DNA of 63,848 nucleotides, the filler included, from Neolecta irregularis DAH-3 (taxonomy: Eukaryota), in NCBI GenBank assembly GCA_001929475.1. It is 9 parts of 9 records of this genome, joined end to end, with 100 filler letters (N's around TTAATTAATTAA, not from the genome) between each part and the next. Parts side by side here need not be neighbours in the genome. Positions count along the whole stretch, not along the records: positions 21,635 to 36,784 come from LXFE01000431.1; 8 more parts are not named here. One strand, written 5' to 3'. The notes beneath the pieces are model-generated. The model worked only from the letters and a program-made list of their open reading frames with translations. It was not told where the DNA came from and did not search any database. Positions 24,052 to 36,884 of the stretch are shown here, one piece after another (the stretch's first letter is position 1; each line of letters begins with the position of its first letter). A program made the position numbers and the translations under genes.

Positions 24052-24516
24052 ATGCTCCACTATTATCTCACTCCAAGTATCTTTGACTTGTGCGACCCTG
24101 CATACGATCAAGACTCGCTCGTTAGCAAAGTCGAAAATTCGAATAGTAACATCCACAAACAACATGATTGTTTCTCAAATGCATCACCGTCACTAGACGT
24201 CTTTGAGTTTTCCGATCAAACAGTAGTCACCGTCGAACTCCCCGGCATGTCAAAAGCAGACGACTCGCTATCAATAAACTATGATCCACAAACACGTCAT
24301 CTAAAAATATCAGGCCACCTGAAACGACCAACAGATTTCCACCCCGAAAACGCAATCAAGGAAACCAGAATCGGCGAACGGAAAATTGGAAAGTTTGAAA
24401 AAGAGGTGGTTGTAGAATGTAACATTGACAATGAAAACATTACGGCGAAATTAGAAGATGGGATGTTGACTGTTGTACTTCCAAAGAAGGAATCAAAGAA
24501 GATTTGTATTCAATAA
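24052..24516 (+). CDS. Small heat-shock protein (Hsp20/alpha-crystallin)
   Basis: LDVFE...VELPG, ERKIGKFEK, ITAKLEDGMLTVVLPK. Intronless. Confidence 0.93.
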   Translation: MLHYYLTPSIFDLCDPAYDQDSLVSKVENSNSNIHKQHDCFSNASPSLDVFEFSDQTVVTVELPGMSKADDSLSINYDPQTRHLKISGHLKRPTDFHPENAIKETRIGERKIGKFEKEVVVECNIDNENITAKLEDGMLTVVLPKKESKKICIQ

Positions 24517-24674
24517 GACGTCGCTTTTAATTTGTGGGGGAGAGTTATTTTGGGTTTTATCGTGTGTAAGCAATATACTCTAGTCGTAAATGAACACCAA
24601 AAATATGAAAACAAGTGGCAAGTCGTTACATCAAGTATCATCTACTCAGAAATTGATCAATTATAATTATGACT

Positions 24675-27633
24675 CTACTCGGGGTTCATATCATCACTAG
24701 GTTCTTTTACCCTCCCTGTAACAGCAGGTTTCTTATCACGATCGCGTTCCTTTGAAATTCGAGTCCGCAGTTTATAAAATTCATTGTAATTCAGCCGTAC
24801 ACCGAGAAATCGCATCTCCAGATCTGGTTGGTGTGCTAATTCTGTTAAAAGGGAGGTTAAAACACCCCGAAAATTGGCGATTAGATTTGGAATTAGCTGG
24901 CGGAAATTATTTAGCTGATTTGCGTGGGGGACGGTTTCGTCTTGATGTGTTTGACGATCGTCTTCTTCTGTGACTCCCCATTTACCCTGTCAAGTCAGCT
25001 GCCTAATGATGAAAAAAAGTTTACGGCTGCTGTTCTGGCTTCAGCCCTTGATTTCCGTTGGAGATTCTTTAAATAAATCTGATGTGTAAGGCCATTTAAT
25101 TGTTCCTCGTAGTCATTTACATATCAAATAATGGAAAGTACCACAGCGTCCTTGAAATTAAGGATTGTTTTGAAGATTTCATGCAACTGATCCATCAAGT
25201 TCTGGTCCCGGCCATGTCTCATAGCACCTAATAATCCTTTATGCGTGATTTGGCTTAGATACCGTTCGTGAGCCTGGATGTATGTATCTAACGTACAGTC
25301 CGGCTTCGCAACCATAGCCTGTAATTTCTCCCATGAGGATTCAATAACCTATGTCTAGTCAACTACCCCCTCAAGCCAGCAAACCTCAAATTGGATGTAA
25401 TATTGCAGCTGACAAATAAAATGTGTCATTTCTGCAGACGCACAACGCACCGTTTGCCAATCTGACCCACACACATCCTTGACGACATTCAAAAAAGCTC
25501 TCTCTCCAATCACACTCGTTCTCCAAGTATTATTCAGCGCAAATTCCACGCGTTTCACCCTCCATAAGAAATTGAAAATTTTGAGATATTGTCTTGCGGA
25601 CCATGAAGTGACAATGACATCAAGAGGTGAATCGACTTTATACTCTAGAGTGAAAACATCCCATCCGATATCTCCGTGTGCCAACTCGAGCAGTCGAGCA
25701 TCTAGACGGCGTGTTATATCATCTGGATCATACTGAGCATTGGATCCTCGAATGGCGCTTTCAAGTGTTGCAGTCAAATTGTGACGATATAATAGACTGG
25801 CCTTTTGATCAAGACTCGACCTGGATTATCAGCAATAAACTGTTTCAATCATACTGTAATGAATCCATAAGAAGAGCAATGAAATCTCCTTGTCCAAGCA
25901 TAAGATATTTCTTAAAAGCGTGTAAATGCTCGAAAAGCTTAAATCGAGTTGTGATAAGATCATTTAATCGAGCGGTGGTGGTTTTGTAAGCCGAGTCTAT
26001 TGATACATCAAGTGTAGAAATATCCTCATGCGATAGACCTAACTGATGAGCGTATACTGGTCAAATAATCACCTCTGGAAGACGCTTTACTATGACTCTC
26101 CACCCATTGAACATCTCCACATCCATATCTTATAAAATTGAGACTCTTCCCGATTAAAAATATCTTCTGGGCAAGGATATCGGAAAGAAAAGGCGGTATC
26201 ATTCTCTCATCAATGGAATATCGACCTTCCCAAACATATCCGCTAGACTCTGATCGGCTATCCTGATTCCTGTTTTCCACAACAAAGAATTCTAGGAAAG
26301 GATCTTGAAGTTCGCCATCATAAATCCAGCGTTGCAACATTTCGTAAAATGATCGAGTGACCTCCTTCAACAACTTTTCTGCAAAAGCGTGGACAAAGGG
26401 ATCACCATGTGAAGAAAACCCGTGAAGACAACTAATCAATTGACCGCCCTTCTTGTCTATATCGTCAGCATCAAGTCGCGGATTCGACAAGCTACTCCGA
26501 GATTCATCTTTAATAACACTCATCAATCGTAAACCCAATGTGGCTTCTCGAAGCCATACAAGACACCTCTTCAAAGTTACTCCACCAGAGGCTTCATTAT
26601 CGGGCAGTCCGAGTTCTCTGCGAATTTCTCCTTCCAACGCAGCCACCAGATTTAAATATCCTATCAATTCCGTCGATAATGCAGCTACTAGACTTTGACC
26701 TACTAGTCCAGTAAGGGACAGTGGATCATGAGAGTTTGCGATATATGTTGATATGTCTTTGTACAGTAATCCGGGTTCTGATAGTGCTCGTAAGAGAGAC
26801 AATACGGGTAAAGGCAGTGTTTGAGGCAATGTCATCGTCGTAGGAGTTGAGAATTTGATATGTGTTGATGAAATTCCTTGTAAGAGAAAAGGTATATCTC
26901 GAAGTAGAGTTCTTTCTGAGGGCTCTTCAGGTCAATTTTCATGCTTGAAGAACTTGTGATTGGTACCCATCGGCCCTGGACCCCATCTTTGAATACCTTC
27001 GTTTCCACGCCCTCTGCTTTCTCGACCTTCTCTTCTATCGTCACATCCACGTCTCGGACTAGATTGAGACACAGAAAGACGAATATCAGAAATTCGATTG
27101 AGACCTTTGTTAGTTGATCTCGAAGTCGGACGCTAAAGGTTGGATTGAAAGGGTTCTAAATTTAGACGTACAGTGGATGCATTAGGCTCGGCCGAGTTGG
27201 CAAGCGATAAGCTGTATAGTAGATACAAGATTCCCCATTTATTACGAATAATTGGCTTTACTCAATATTGAACTGGTCTTGGAGATCATACCTGACTCTG
27301 TAGCCTAGAGAATAAATTTGAATAGCGCAATGTTGCTTCCGGGGAGGTGTTTTCACGCATGACTAGTGGTTAGGACGAGTATTCCTTCGAGCCCAAAGGT
27401 ACGCTTTGTCCGAATTTGTTCGGAAATATGATTTAGGTCTTCTTCAACGCTGGGAATTGGATTCCTCAAAGTAGTCAGCGTGCAATTAAGAACACAATAT
27501 ACGATGCGACAACGTTTCGAGCATGTTCAATTGCTTCTTGGCGAAGAGAAGCGGTTTTTTCGTCTTCGGGATCCAGTTCAAGTATTCCATCAACTAAACG
27601 CGCCAAGGCATCGGCAATTCGAGCTTCACTCAT
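24675..27633 (-). CDS. alp6: Gamma-tubulin complex component GCP3/Spc98 (Alp6)
   Basis: HGDPFV, WIYDGELQDPFLEFF, IFLIGKSLNFIR, YLMLGQGDF, GDIGWDVFTLEYKVDSPL. About 9 short introns. Confidence 0.92.
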
Positions 27634-28542
27634 CCACAAATTTCGAGTAACTGGTGAAAAATATGCGTTGAAAGGGATTGAAAAGATCGCGTTAAATGGA
27701 ATGTCGGTATACAGTCTGAGGTTGATGTCACGTTTCAATCCATGTTGCCCACCTGAATAAACTGGTTTACGCGTTTATGCCAGAAAGTACGCATTATAGA
27801 CCGGGAATCAAAGCATAAATCCTTACCTTGTAAACAGAGAACACCACAAGGAAAAGATATCGGGGTGGTCACAATATGAGGTGGGCTCAGATCTTGGGGC
27901 ATTGATGGTTCAGGTGTTGGGATCATATTCAATTAATGCGCCAGTTAGGACACTTTGCAGGCCAAGCGGCGCTAATGATGCTTGGTGTCAAGTTATGTGA
28001 AAACTTCCCTTCTCCATTCTACGAGATAGCTTTTAAACTTGTCTCATAGAGTACTGAGGCTCGAGAGGACGAATAATGTTGGCTTCAATACTCTTGTCAT
28101 ATATTAGAGCTATAGAGTCTTAAACTCAGCTGACAAGCTCAATTTGGCAAAAGGCTAGCTTGTCACTATTTCAGTCCAGGATAACGAGACCATCGTTTAT
28201 TGACAGCCTGCTCTATCTGATGATTCCGAGAAAATAATTTCTTATCTGCACTTGAATCGCCAATATCGAAAAGCTGCCTCGTTGTGCGCTCCCATATAGG
28301 ATTAGCGGGAACTTGGACTTAGTAACGATTTGCTCTCACTGGGCACTGAATAAAAGCACATGTAGTGATCTGTTCTACTGTCATCAGTTTCATGACTCGG
28401 GCGGTTAGGCTCAATGCAGTGATTAATGGAAAAAAAAGAGTGATCAACGCGTACTTTGAGACGCTCGAGGGGGCCAAGGTCACCACCACCACCATAATAA
28501 ATTTGTCTCAAAAAGATTTTCATATTTACAACTCTCATTCGA

Positions 28543-30213
28543 ATGGCTCATGCAGCACCTCGCTTACAGCCGCTAAAATTCCCAACTCTACCCGCGAATG
28601 AAACTTCAGATCAAAAGTATTGGAAGAAATTCAAGGTTTACCAGTGATTGCCCAACTTCCCACTCATCGATCTAGTCGCACCTTATCGTCAAAGAGTACG
28701 CTTCAGTCTCGCATGTGAATTTTTCTGCCACATCTCCGCATGATTTCGCCGTTACTTCGAGTACTCGCGTGCAAATTTATTCTTCGAGAACAAGAACTAC
28801 GATCAAGACGATCTCGAGATTCAAAGATACAACTTACAGTGGAGAGCTGAGACCGGATGGAAAATTACTGGTTGCCGGAGATGCCACTGGTTTGATACAG
28901 GTAAATATTCTTTATGAGCTATTGTCTTGATGGTTCGAAAGATTTTTGATACCTCCTCTCGTGCGATTTTACGTTCGATTGATTCACACAAATATCCCGC
29001 TCGCGTTACAAAATTCTCCCCTACATCATCAACTACTCTTCTTTCTGCATCGGATGATAAAACCCTCAAGCTTTGGGATATTCCTACACAAACCGCTATG
29101 AATACTTTCACAGGTCATGAAGATTATGTTCGGACAGCAGCGTTTAGTTCTAATTTGGTGATAAGCGGTTCATATGATGGGACGGTTAAAATATGGGATT
29201 CCAGGGCGAATATTTCTGTCACCAATCTGATACATGGAGATGGCATTGACTGTGTATTTCCACTGATCGGAGGGACGAGGTTTCTCAGTGCAGGAGGTCC
29301 GCTGGTTAAGGTGTGGGATATAATTGCTGGAAAATGTTTTAAAGAGCTCCGAAATCATCAGAAAGCTGTCACAACAATCACATCCGATTCGAATTGTGAG
29401 AGGATACTGACTGGTGGGCTCGACGGTCATATGAAAATCTATGATGTGAAAGATTGGAAAGTCGTCCATGGCGTAAAATATTCAGCGCCGATCTTGAGCC
29501 TTGCGTTATCTGTACACAAATTCTATTTCGCAAAACTAACTTGCAGCCGGATGATAAGCATATCGTTTGTGGAATGACAAGTGGACTTCTTTCAATACGA
29601 ACAAGACAGAATAAACCTCAAAATTCCACATTACCTAAAAAACCCAAACCGACTTCGTACCAACGGTTGACTCGAGGAGCAGACTACAAAGGCGATAAGG
29701 AGGATTTGTACGTCGAAGAATCCCGTACAAAGAGATTAAAGCCCTATGATAAAGCTTTAAGGGCATATAGATATGACTCGGCTCTGGACATGGTGCTGCA
29801 AGAAGTATGAAATTCTGAATGTAACAATTTCTGACCAGAAAGTCCAAAGATCCTCTCATCACTCTCACACTCTTCTCCGAGCTCATGCATCGAAACGGAC
29901 TTCAACAAGCATTACATAATCGCGACGATCATCAACTAGAGCCTGTACTTCGATTTCTCATTAGATATATTACAGATAGCCGTTTTGTGAACATTGTGAT
30001 CGAGGTAGCACTTACCATAATCGGTATTCAAAATTTACTCGCCCTTTTCTCACTCTAGAATTATATGGAAATGCGATTGGACAAAGTACGTTGACTGATG
30101 GATTGATACAGAAGCTCCGAATGCGTGTATCGCAGGAAGTTGAACGAGCCAAGGAAGCTTGCCGGACAGAGGGCATGCTTGAATTATTATTTGCTGGCTC
30201 AAGTATACGGTGA
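28543..30213 (+). CDS. UTP15: U3 snoRNP WD40 protein UTP15
   Basis: PHDFAVTSSTRVQIY, RPDGKLLVAGD, HEDYVR, NHQKAVT, GGLDGHMKIY and a UTP15 C-terminal domain. Five introns. Confidence 0.92.
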
Positions 30214-30374
30214 ACGTAGAATATACCTGGTTTTCAAATAAATTAGCGGAATTGGTGAACGCGACACAGCGCGTTTTGTCGATCTGAAATGGCGTCGACT
30301 ACGCCTTGTTGCTCTCTTACCACAACCTCCATCCATCTCACCCATTGTACTTCTTCGCTGTAACTTATACTGTA

Positions 30375-31040
30375 ATGCCTTCAAGGCCTACTACACTGTC
30401 CAAGCAGAAGACAATTAGCTGTTTTTTAAAGGGTTCGAAGACCTCGACACTTTCTGGGAAAGTAAACAATACCCCCAAAAATCGCCTATTCTGATTTTGA
30501 GATAATCAAGTCATCTTCAGCCAAGTTCAAACTAGATGTTTTGGAAAAGAAGTCTACGATCTTGAAAAAGGCGAGTGAAAAACCTCAGAAGGAGGCGTTG
30601 ACCGCTCGGAAAACGACCCTTTTGGACCGTGTATGCATTTCTAGCATTCACTATTAACATCATACAGATACGTGCAAAACAAGCAGAGAAAGAGAAAATA
30701 CCTATACTCACGCCTCGAGAACGGTTAGAAAAACTGGCTTTTTCGAAGCTTCCTGCAATTGTTGACGCGCTATATCTGTATGTTTTTTCGATGATACAAG
30801 CCCTAACGTGAAAGCATGACAATGCAGAAATCCTCCTTTGGTCACAGCGAGCTTTGTGAGAAATTGGTTCAAAGCTCACGCAATCCAATGTCGGTAGAAG
30901 AAGCTGCAATGTCAATTGACTTGTTATCGCGGCAAGTACCCGATTGGTGTACTGCAATTGTAGTTGGGAGAATAAAGGCTGTCAAATTTGATAGGAAAGT
31001 TCAGAGGAGGACAGTTCTCGAGACGATCAGATCGTTATGA
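30375..31040 (+). CDS. Short Cdt1 C-terminal-domain protein (about 183 aa), 3 introns
   Basis: TLLDRIRAKQ and LVQSSRNPMSVEEA...LL...VPDWC resemble the Cdt1 C-terminal winged helix. MCB-like CGCG motifs lie upstream at about 30259-30275. Confidence 0.65.
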
Positions 31041-31219
31041 ATGTCTGAGTAATACCAAGATGAATGGAATACCGGAGTATAGAGTCATAATTTGTATAGT
31101 TATAAATGTAATTGTTGATGATATTCAGGAATCAATACAACTCGATTGATAAGCTTGTGCAGAATGCGTACACCAAATCCCGACCATTATAAACAGAAAT
31201 CTTTTTGAATATTCCAAAG

Positions 31220-31702
31220 TTAGGTGAACCAACCTTTGTCTTTCTTCTCTTCAGCAGCTTTCCCTTTGGCGTCTGTTTCATTCACCATTTGGTTGAACAG
31301 TTTCTTTCCCTCTTCCTCTTTTTCAGCTATTTGGTCTTTTCGCTTCCCAAGTTCCTTTTGACCTGATCGGATGGCCCCACTCAGCCTTTCCTTGCCTTGA
31401 CCATAGGCCCCGTAAATCTTCTGGTCGACCTGATGGCCAATCTTCTGAGCGTCATTTCCGAGATGCTGGACATCCTTCTTCGCATCATTGGCAGCCTTGT
31501 TCACTACCCTGTGAGACAAGTTTTCAAGGATGGGATTACCATCACCGCTATTGTTATATAAATAATATCCAACGGCAGCTGCTGCGGCGGCAGTAAGCCA
31601 AATCGGTAGTGTAGATTTTCCTTTCAGAACAGTGCCTATAAAGTGAGCTTGGTAACTGGCAAAAGTAGATTTACGCGGTGGTGTTGGTGGTGGTTGTGTC
31701 AT
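31220..31702 (-). CDS. Small protein with an N-terminal membrane anchor and a LEA/hydrophilin-like charged tail
   Basis: Hydrophobic WLTAAAAAAVGYYLY, then a K/E/Q/A-rich helix ending in KGWFT. Confidence 0.65.
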   Translation of the reverse strand: MTQPPPTPPRKSTFASYQAHFIGTVLKGKSTLPIWLTAAAAAAVGYYLYNNSGDGNPILENLSHRVVNKAANDAKKDVQHLGNDAQKIGHQVDQKIYGAYGQGKERLSGAIRSGQKELGKRKDQIAEKEEEGKKLFNQMVNETDAKGKAAEEKKDKGWFT

Positions 31703-31770
31703 TTGAGCAAGGATGGAACAGAAATTGGAGGCGCGGAACTGGCATGGGATTTATAGGGGAATTCAAAAAA

Positions 31771-31779
31771 TTACGTCAT
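31771..31779 (-). promoter_or_regulatory. CRE/M26-type ATGACGTAA site (ATF/CREB, Atf1)
   Basis: About 70 bp upstream of the 31702 ATG, followed by TATAAA (about 31750-31755 on the minus strand). Confidence 0.5.
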
Positions 31780-31837
31780 GTACTGATAAATGTCTCACCA
31801 GTCCTAATGATCCATTCTCGAGCCTTTGAGAACTCTG

Positions 31838-33871
31838 TTACGATTCATAGGTTGCGAATACGTTTCCATACGACTTCCCATTACATATTAGCTCGAATAT
31901 TATCATCGATGATCCAAACGACATTGCTAGACCATACTCTATCCGGTAAAATTTCCGACCATCAACTCCGTCTCGGATCTTCAGTTCCTCCTTTGGGATC
32001 ACAGAAAGATCAACAACTAATTTACAAAGTGTTTTGACATCTGTGAAAATCAGCACTTTGCTATATTTATGTATTTGGAACCTGAATTCTTCAGAGGCGG
32101 CGGACTTTTGGAATCGGATACTTTGAGTTTGTTGGTGAAGACGAGCGAGTCCTCGAGAGCACAGTCTTCAAAGAATCGCACCAGGATTCTTTTTCCCGTC
32201 TTCACTTCATCACCCTCGATAAATTAGTCGGACCGAGATCCAGAGGACTACCTTGACACAAAACCACGTCATATTTCCCGAAGCCCAATATCTCCCGCTC
32301 AAACCACAGTAATAGAGGCTCTCCTTTGGGTGGATTAGAGGGTCGTATATTTTTGACATGACAACACCATAGCTTCTTCGTGCTATTCGAGAAGTAATGA
32401 TGTCATTTTTCATACCATGAATCACAGCTCCACGGACAACAGCAGACCAGCTAGCGCGTTAGCGTAGGTCGAAATATGGGTTTTACGCGTCCATGGGTTG
32501 CTGAATTGACACTTTAGGGAACAGTGCTTGCAGCACCTTTCGGAGATACACATTGCTTCCCAGACCTCCTACAAGAAATAAAGTCTGGTAATCAGTCAAG
32601 TTATTGTTATTCATCTCACCTTGACTTCTTTTTGTGCAGTCCGCACTATCGAAACAATCTGAGTCGAGACCAGCACGACGATCTTGGTCACAACAGGTTG
32701 AAAAACTATTTTCAAATCTGCCCTGTACGAATCAGTCGTCAGTTTTACAGAAAGTCGTACCTGGAAATTGTTAAAACCCCATCCGCGATGCCCGCTTCAG
32801 TATCGTCAACGTCATAGCCTGGCAACGATATTTTATACACCTCATTCTCATCGTCGGTCTCTCCGAATCGGACCTTGATTATTGAATTGAACTCTTTAAT
32901 CAAGCACGCTATGGATGTTTCAGAGAGAAGCTTTACATGTCTCTTTAAACGATTTCTCAAAAACTTCTCAAACCCTTGATTCAGGTCTGTAGACCCACAC
33001 AATTCGCCTATTCTCGGCATGGAGCTGGAGGCACAACGTACCTATCCCCGCAATTGCCTCCTTTAAGCTTAGAGGTTTATCTTTGAGGACTTTGTATGCA
33101 ATTAGATCTACAGTGCCTCCACCAGCATCAGTCACGAGGAATACATCGCCCGTCTAGCATCAACATCCACAACAAGGACAAAGCATACCTCGAAATGAAC
33201 ATAATTCTGCGCTACGCAAGCTAGAGCAGCAGCCTCCGGTTCCGTCACGAAACCTAATCTCATTTCCTCAAATCCGGCATTGACAGCCGCAAGTCGCAGT
33301 ATATTTCGTTCTTTATCATTCCAAAATGCCGGAACAGTCATGGTGGTTCGAACCTCGACTCTTGACAAGACATCAGTCCCAAACGTCAGCTTGAGCTGCC
33401 CGTCTAGGTGACTCTTTAAAAACTCTAAAAACGCAGTGACCACTTGCGAACCGGTTTTATTTGCAACTTGCGGTGCAAGTTGTTGTAATTCCGCGGGTGC
33501 GATATCATAATACTCTCCACAACGATCAGTCAACAACAATTTAAACCAAACTAAACGCTGATCGCCTCTTTGCAAAGTCTTTTCTAGAGCAGGTGCACCC
33601 CATGCCGAAATCTCTCGAGAGCTATTGCAGAATAAAACACTGGGACATCTACTAAATGATGAGTCGAGTTGTAGTTTGATGTCCCGATTTACTTGTCGTT
33701 GGAAAGGTTGCCCAGTCCCGGCCATGATTTGACGACTGCGATATTCTTGGGATTGCTGGAATGAGCAAATGCTAGACCCGAGAACGTCGTCCCGAAATCA
33801 ACTCCCACGACCTGTCCAGTCGGTGCTTTCTTAACTAATTGTCATACGATATAATCACTCTTTTCACTCAT
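31838..33871 (-). CDS. Atypical Hsp70-superfamily ATPase (HSPA12-like fungal family)
   Basis: VVGVDFGTTFSG, TVPAFW, VTEPEAAAL, DAGGGTVDL, LVGGLGSN, WSAVVRGAV, SRIARRSYG. Confidence 0.88.
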
Positions 33872-34379
33872 CAATAATCTGGGGTAGGGATGAACGTTGT
33901 TTCCGGAGAGCCAAGCGGATTCGCGTCTCTTGATACACGTGCATCACGGTCGGACCATGCATTAGTAGTGTCTTTTTAGAAGTGAATTTCGATCTTCATC
34001 GTGGTCTGCTTGACAAATCTGTACCCAGGATATCATCAACATTGTCCGTCAAATTCTAGCCTCCAGCGAGACAAACGTAACCGACATTTTAGAATTTGAA
34101 CACGGTGCTCGTACGTATATCTAGTTCCTCAATTAAATCACGTTCTGCGAATTCAAAAGCATGAAGCAGTCAAGGCAAAATGGGGTTTGCTAGATAAAAA
34201 TGGTATCATTGTTCATTGTAACTGCTAAACTATAATTACATTCGAGAAGGAAAAGATTTCAAGTATCGCTATACAGCGCCACTAATAAATGTTCCGTGCG
34301 AGTAATGAATACTAGCGTTCTCAATAGGTACTTTATAGTTAACAAGATAGCCGAGGATAGATAATGAGTGACAAGGTAA

Positions 34380-35712
34380 TCACAAAAGGGAACAGAAAAC
34401 AACAGAATCTCCAGCGATAACCATTCCATCTGATAAAAACTCTACAACTTTTCCATTGTCCACTATTTCCCCATCATCCTGCAAAATTTTCTGCACGGAA
34501 TATTTTGCCATGACGCCGCCCGCTTTAATAAACGCATGATTGGAATCATTGGTGCGTATGAAGGAGCCGTTTTGTAAGAGAATATCGTAATATGCATCTA
34601 ATTTATATATCGTCGTTGGCACCACTTTCTTTTTATGATGAAGAGTTGATGATTGGAGGGAGAGAGTTCGTAGGTGGTAGGCGGATGATCCAATCGCGTA
34701 GATTGACGAGTTTGAAATGGCAATATGATCTATCGGAATATCCAGAGTTTTAAAACTATGGGCGATAAACAGCGGATTATAAATTTCGATATTATTGACG
34801 CGTTCAACATGCATCAACTATGGTAAGTTTTTCAAAGTCAAGGGGAAATACATCTTTTGTGAAGTGTTGGCGGAATTCAGAGATTTCAGCAGACATTGTA
34901 CTGATAAGTAGTCGTTCTCCTGCGTCTAATACTTGTACCGCAGAAGGAAAATCTAGGCCCCAAATAACCTGCGACGCAGCATCGATTCGCGCATTATAAA
35001 AAAGAACAGATCCTCTTCTACCAAACAGTCTGTTTTCCAAAGATTTCCAAAGACCGGTGAGTCCATAGGTATTTGAAATGTAAAACGAGGGGAGAAAAGT
35101 GCCCGGTTGATCAGAGACGACTGCGATTTTATTGGGGTAATTAAACAAGGGATCTGAAATGCTTTGTTTCCAGAGTAAAATATTGTTATTTTGGATTTGA
35201 AAGACATCGACTACGAATACCGTTGAATTTGGATAATTAATAATTAATAACAGTCCATTGTGAATGAAAAGTCCGAGGGGATGAAAAGCATGTGGGATTC
35301 CACGAATTTCAAGTTTCTCGACAGGAGATCCAGAAGAGTATTTATATACTGCGCCATCGGGTTCATTCTGAGGAAGGAGGGAGGCTCTGTTGAGGGTATG
35401 CAGATGTGCAAAATTCGAAGGGTCGCACGATAGATAAGCCGTGTTTTCCGAGCGGTCCACCGCGATATCGAAACAATTGTGTGTTTCTTGATTCAGCGGG
35501 ACTATGGGACGAAAGAGTACGAGAAATGATTGTACATTTATCAGAGTGCAATTTTTCTACAGCGATGGGGCGGGATTTTCCATGCAAGATATTTTGCTTG
35601 TAGACTCTTGATTAGCGGGGAAGAGGGGTTTAATACTTGGGAGGTAAGAGAGGGCAGAGAGAATGAGGATGAAGAAGGAGAGGAGGATGTATTGAGGAGA
35701 AGGTTGAGACAT
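34380..35712 (-). CDS. Paraoxonase/arylesterase-like six-bladed beta-propeller with an N-terminal signal/anchor
   Basis: Hydrophobic N-terminus plus FHPLGL, PLFNYPNKIAV, FYISN and GLDFPSAV, which resemble PON-family blade motifs but are divergent. Confidence 0.6.
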
Positions 35713-35882
35713 GGGGTTGGGGGGAGGGGATGGTGGCTGAGATGAATTGGGAAGTGGCAGCGATGCGATTGGTGCGGCGGTGGACATGGGATTGTCTAGC
35801 CGACCGGGATGTGCAGCAGCAGGCTGGGCGGGCTGATCAACCACATCACATACTCCTTAAAGCGCGATCTTTGGAATCCGGC

Positions 35883-36405
35883 ATGAATCGTGGCCAAAAG
35901 CAGCAACAGGGGGAGGAAGGGGAGAATGCGGGTTGGGCGCGCGTGGGCTCGCGTGGCTGACTGTGAAGGGCGCGCGGACAGCCACAGGGGCTGTGTAGTG
36001 GCGGCGGCCGGACGCCCGCAATGCAAAGGAGGGCAGGCGGAGGCGGCCGAGGCCCCAGCGGCGGTGCCAGTGTCGCCGCGGGGGAGCGAGTCGAGCCAGA
36101 TCTTTGAGCGGTCGGTCGTGAGCGGGCTGGGGCAGGCGGGGCGTCCCGGGCAAGGGGCGCACCTGGAGAACCTTGTGCCGCCGGTGCTGGACGAGGCGGC
36201 GGAGGCGATTACGGATGCGAGCCTGGACCCTGCGAGCGTGGACGTGGTGACGGAGGCGGCGGAGTGGCAGCCGTGGGCGGAGAGCGACCGGCGGCGGCTG
36301 AGCTTTATCAGCTATGCCTCGCTTGTGAGCGCGGAGGTGGACGAGCACGGCGGGGAGCGCCGGAAGGGCAGCGGATGCACGCTGGGCGAGTGTATGCTCA
36401 GATGA
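35883..36405 (+). CDS. Conserved fungal hypothetical protein
   Basis: QIFERSV...ENLVPPVLDEAAEAITD...RRRLSFISYA; one intron at about 35932-35968. Confidence 0.6.
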
Positions 36406-36582
36406 GAGGGCGGGAGTGTGTGCTCAGATGAGAGGGTTATGCGTGGCAGATGAGGAGTATGCGAGGGGCCGTGCTTGTGTATGCTCAGCCAATAGGGATT
36501 GCGTCGTGGAGTGTATGCTCAGCCAATAGGGATTGCGTCGTGGAGTGTATGCTCAGCCAATAGGGATTGCGACGAGGAGTAT
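36388..36582. repeat. Minisatellite: three copies of 34-bp GTGTATGCTCAGCCAATAGGGATTGCGTCGTGGA (36477-36580), preceded by shorter related units
   Basis: Copies start at 36477, 36511 and 36545. Related GTGTRTGCTCAGATGAGAGGG units lie at 36390 and 36416. Confidence 0.92.
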
Positions 36583-36884
36583 CAGACGATAGGCGGACTC
36601 AGCGGGGCGGCCAGAGGGTGGTGGAGCACCCGGCAACACCCGCGCCGCCCGGCAGTCTCCGAGCGCTTCCCCCCTCCTCTCCAGCGATGGCCAGTGCGCC
36701 GGATGGCCTGTTTGCCCGCAGCAGCGCCGCCGAGCCGCACAGCCCTGTCTGCAGCACCAGCAACAGCCCCGCGCAGCCGCAGCCNNNNNNNNNNNNNNNN
36801 NNNNNNNNNNNNNNNNNNNNNNNNNNNNTTAATTAATTAANNNNNNNNNNNNNNNNNNNNNNNNNNNNNNNNNNNNNNNNNNNN

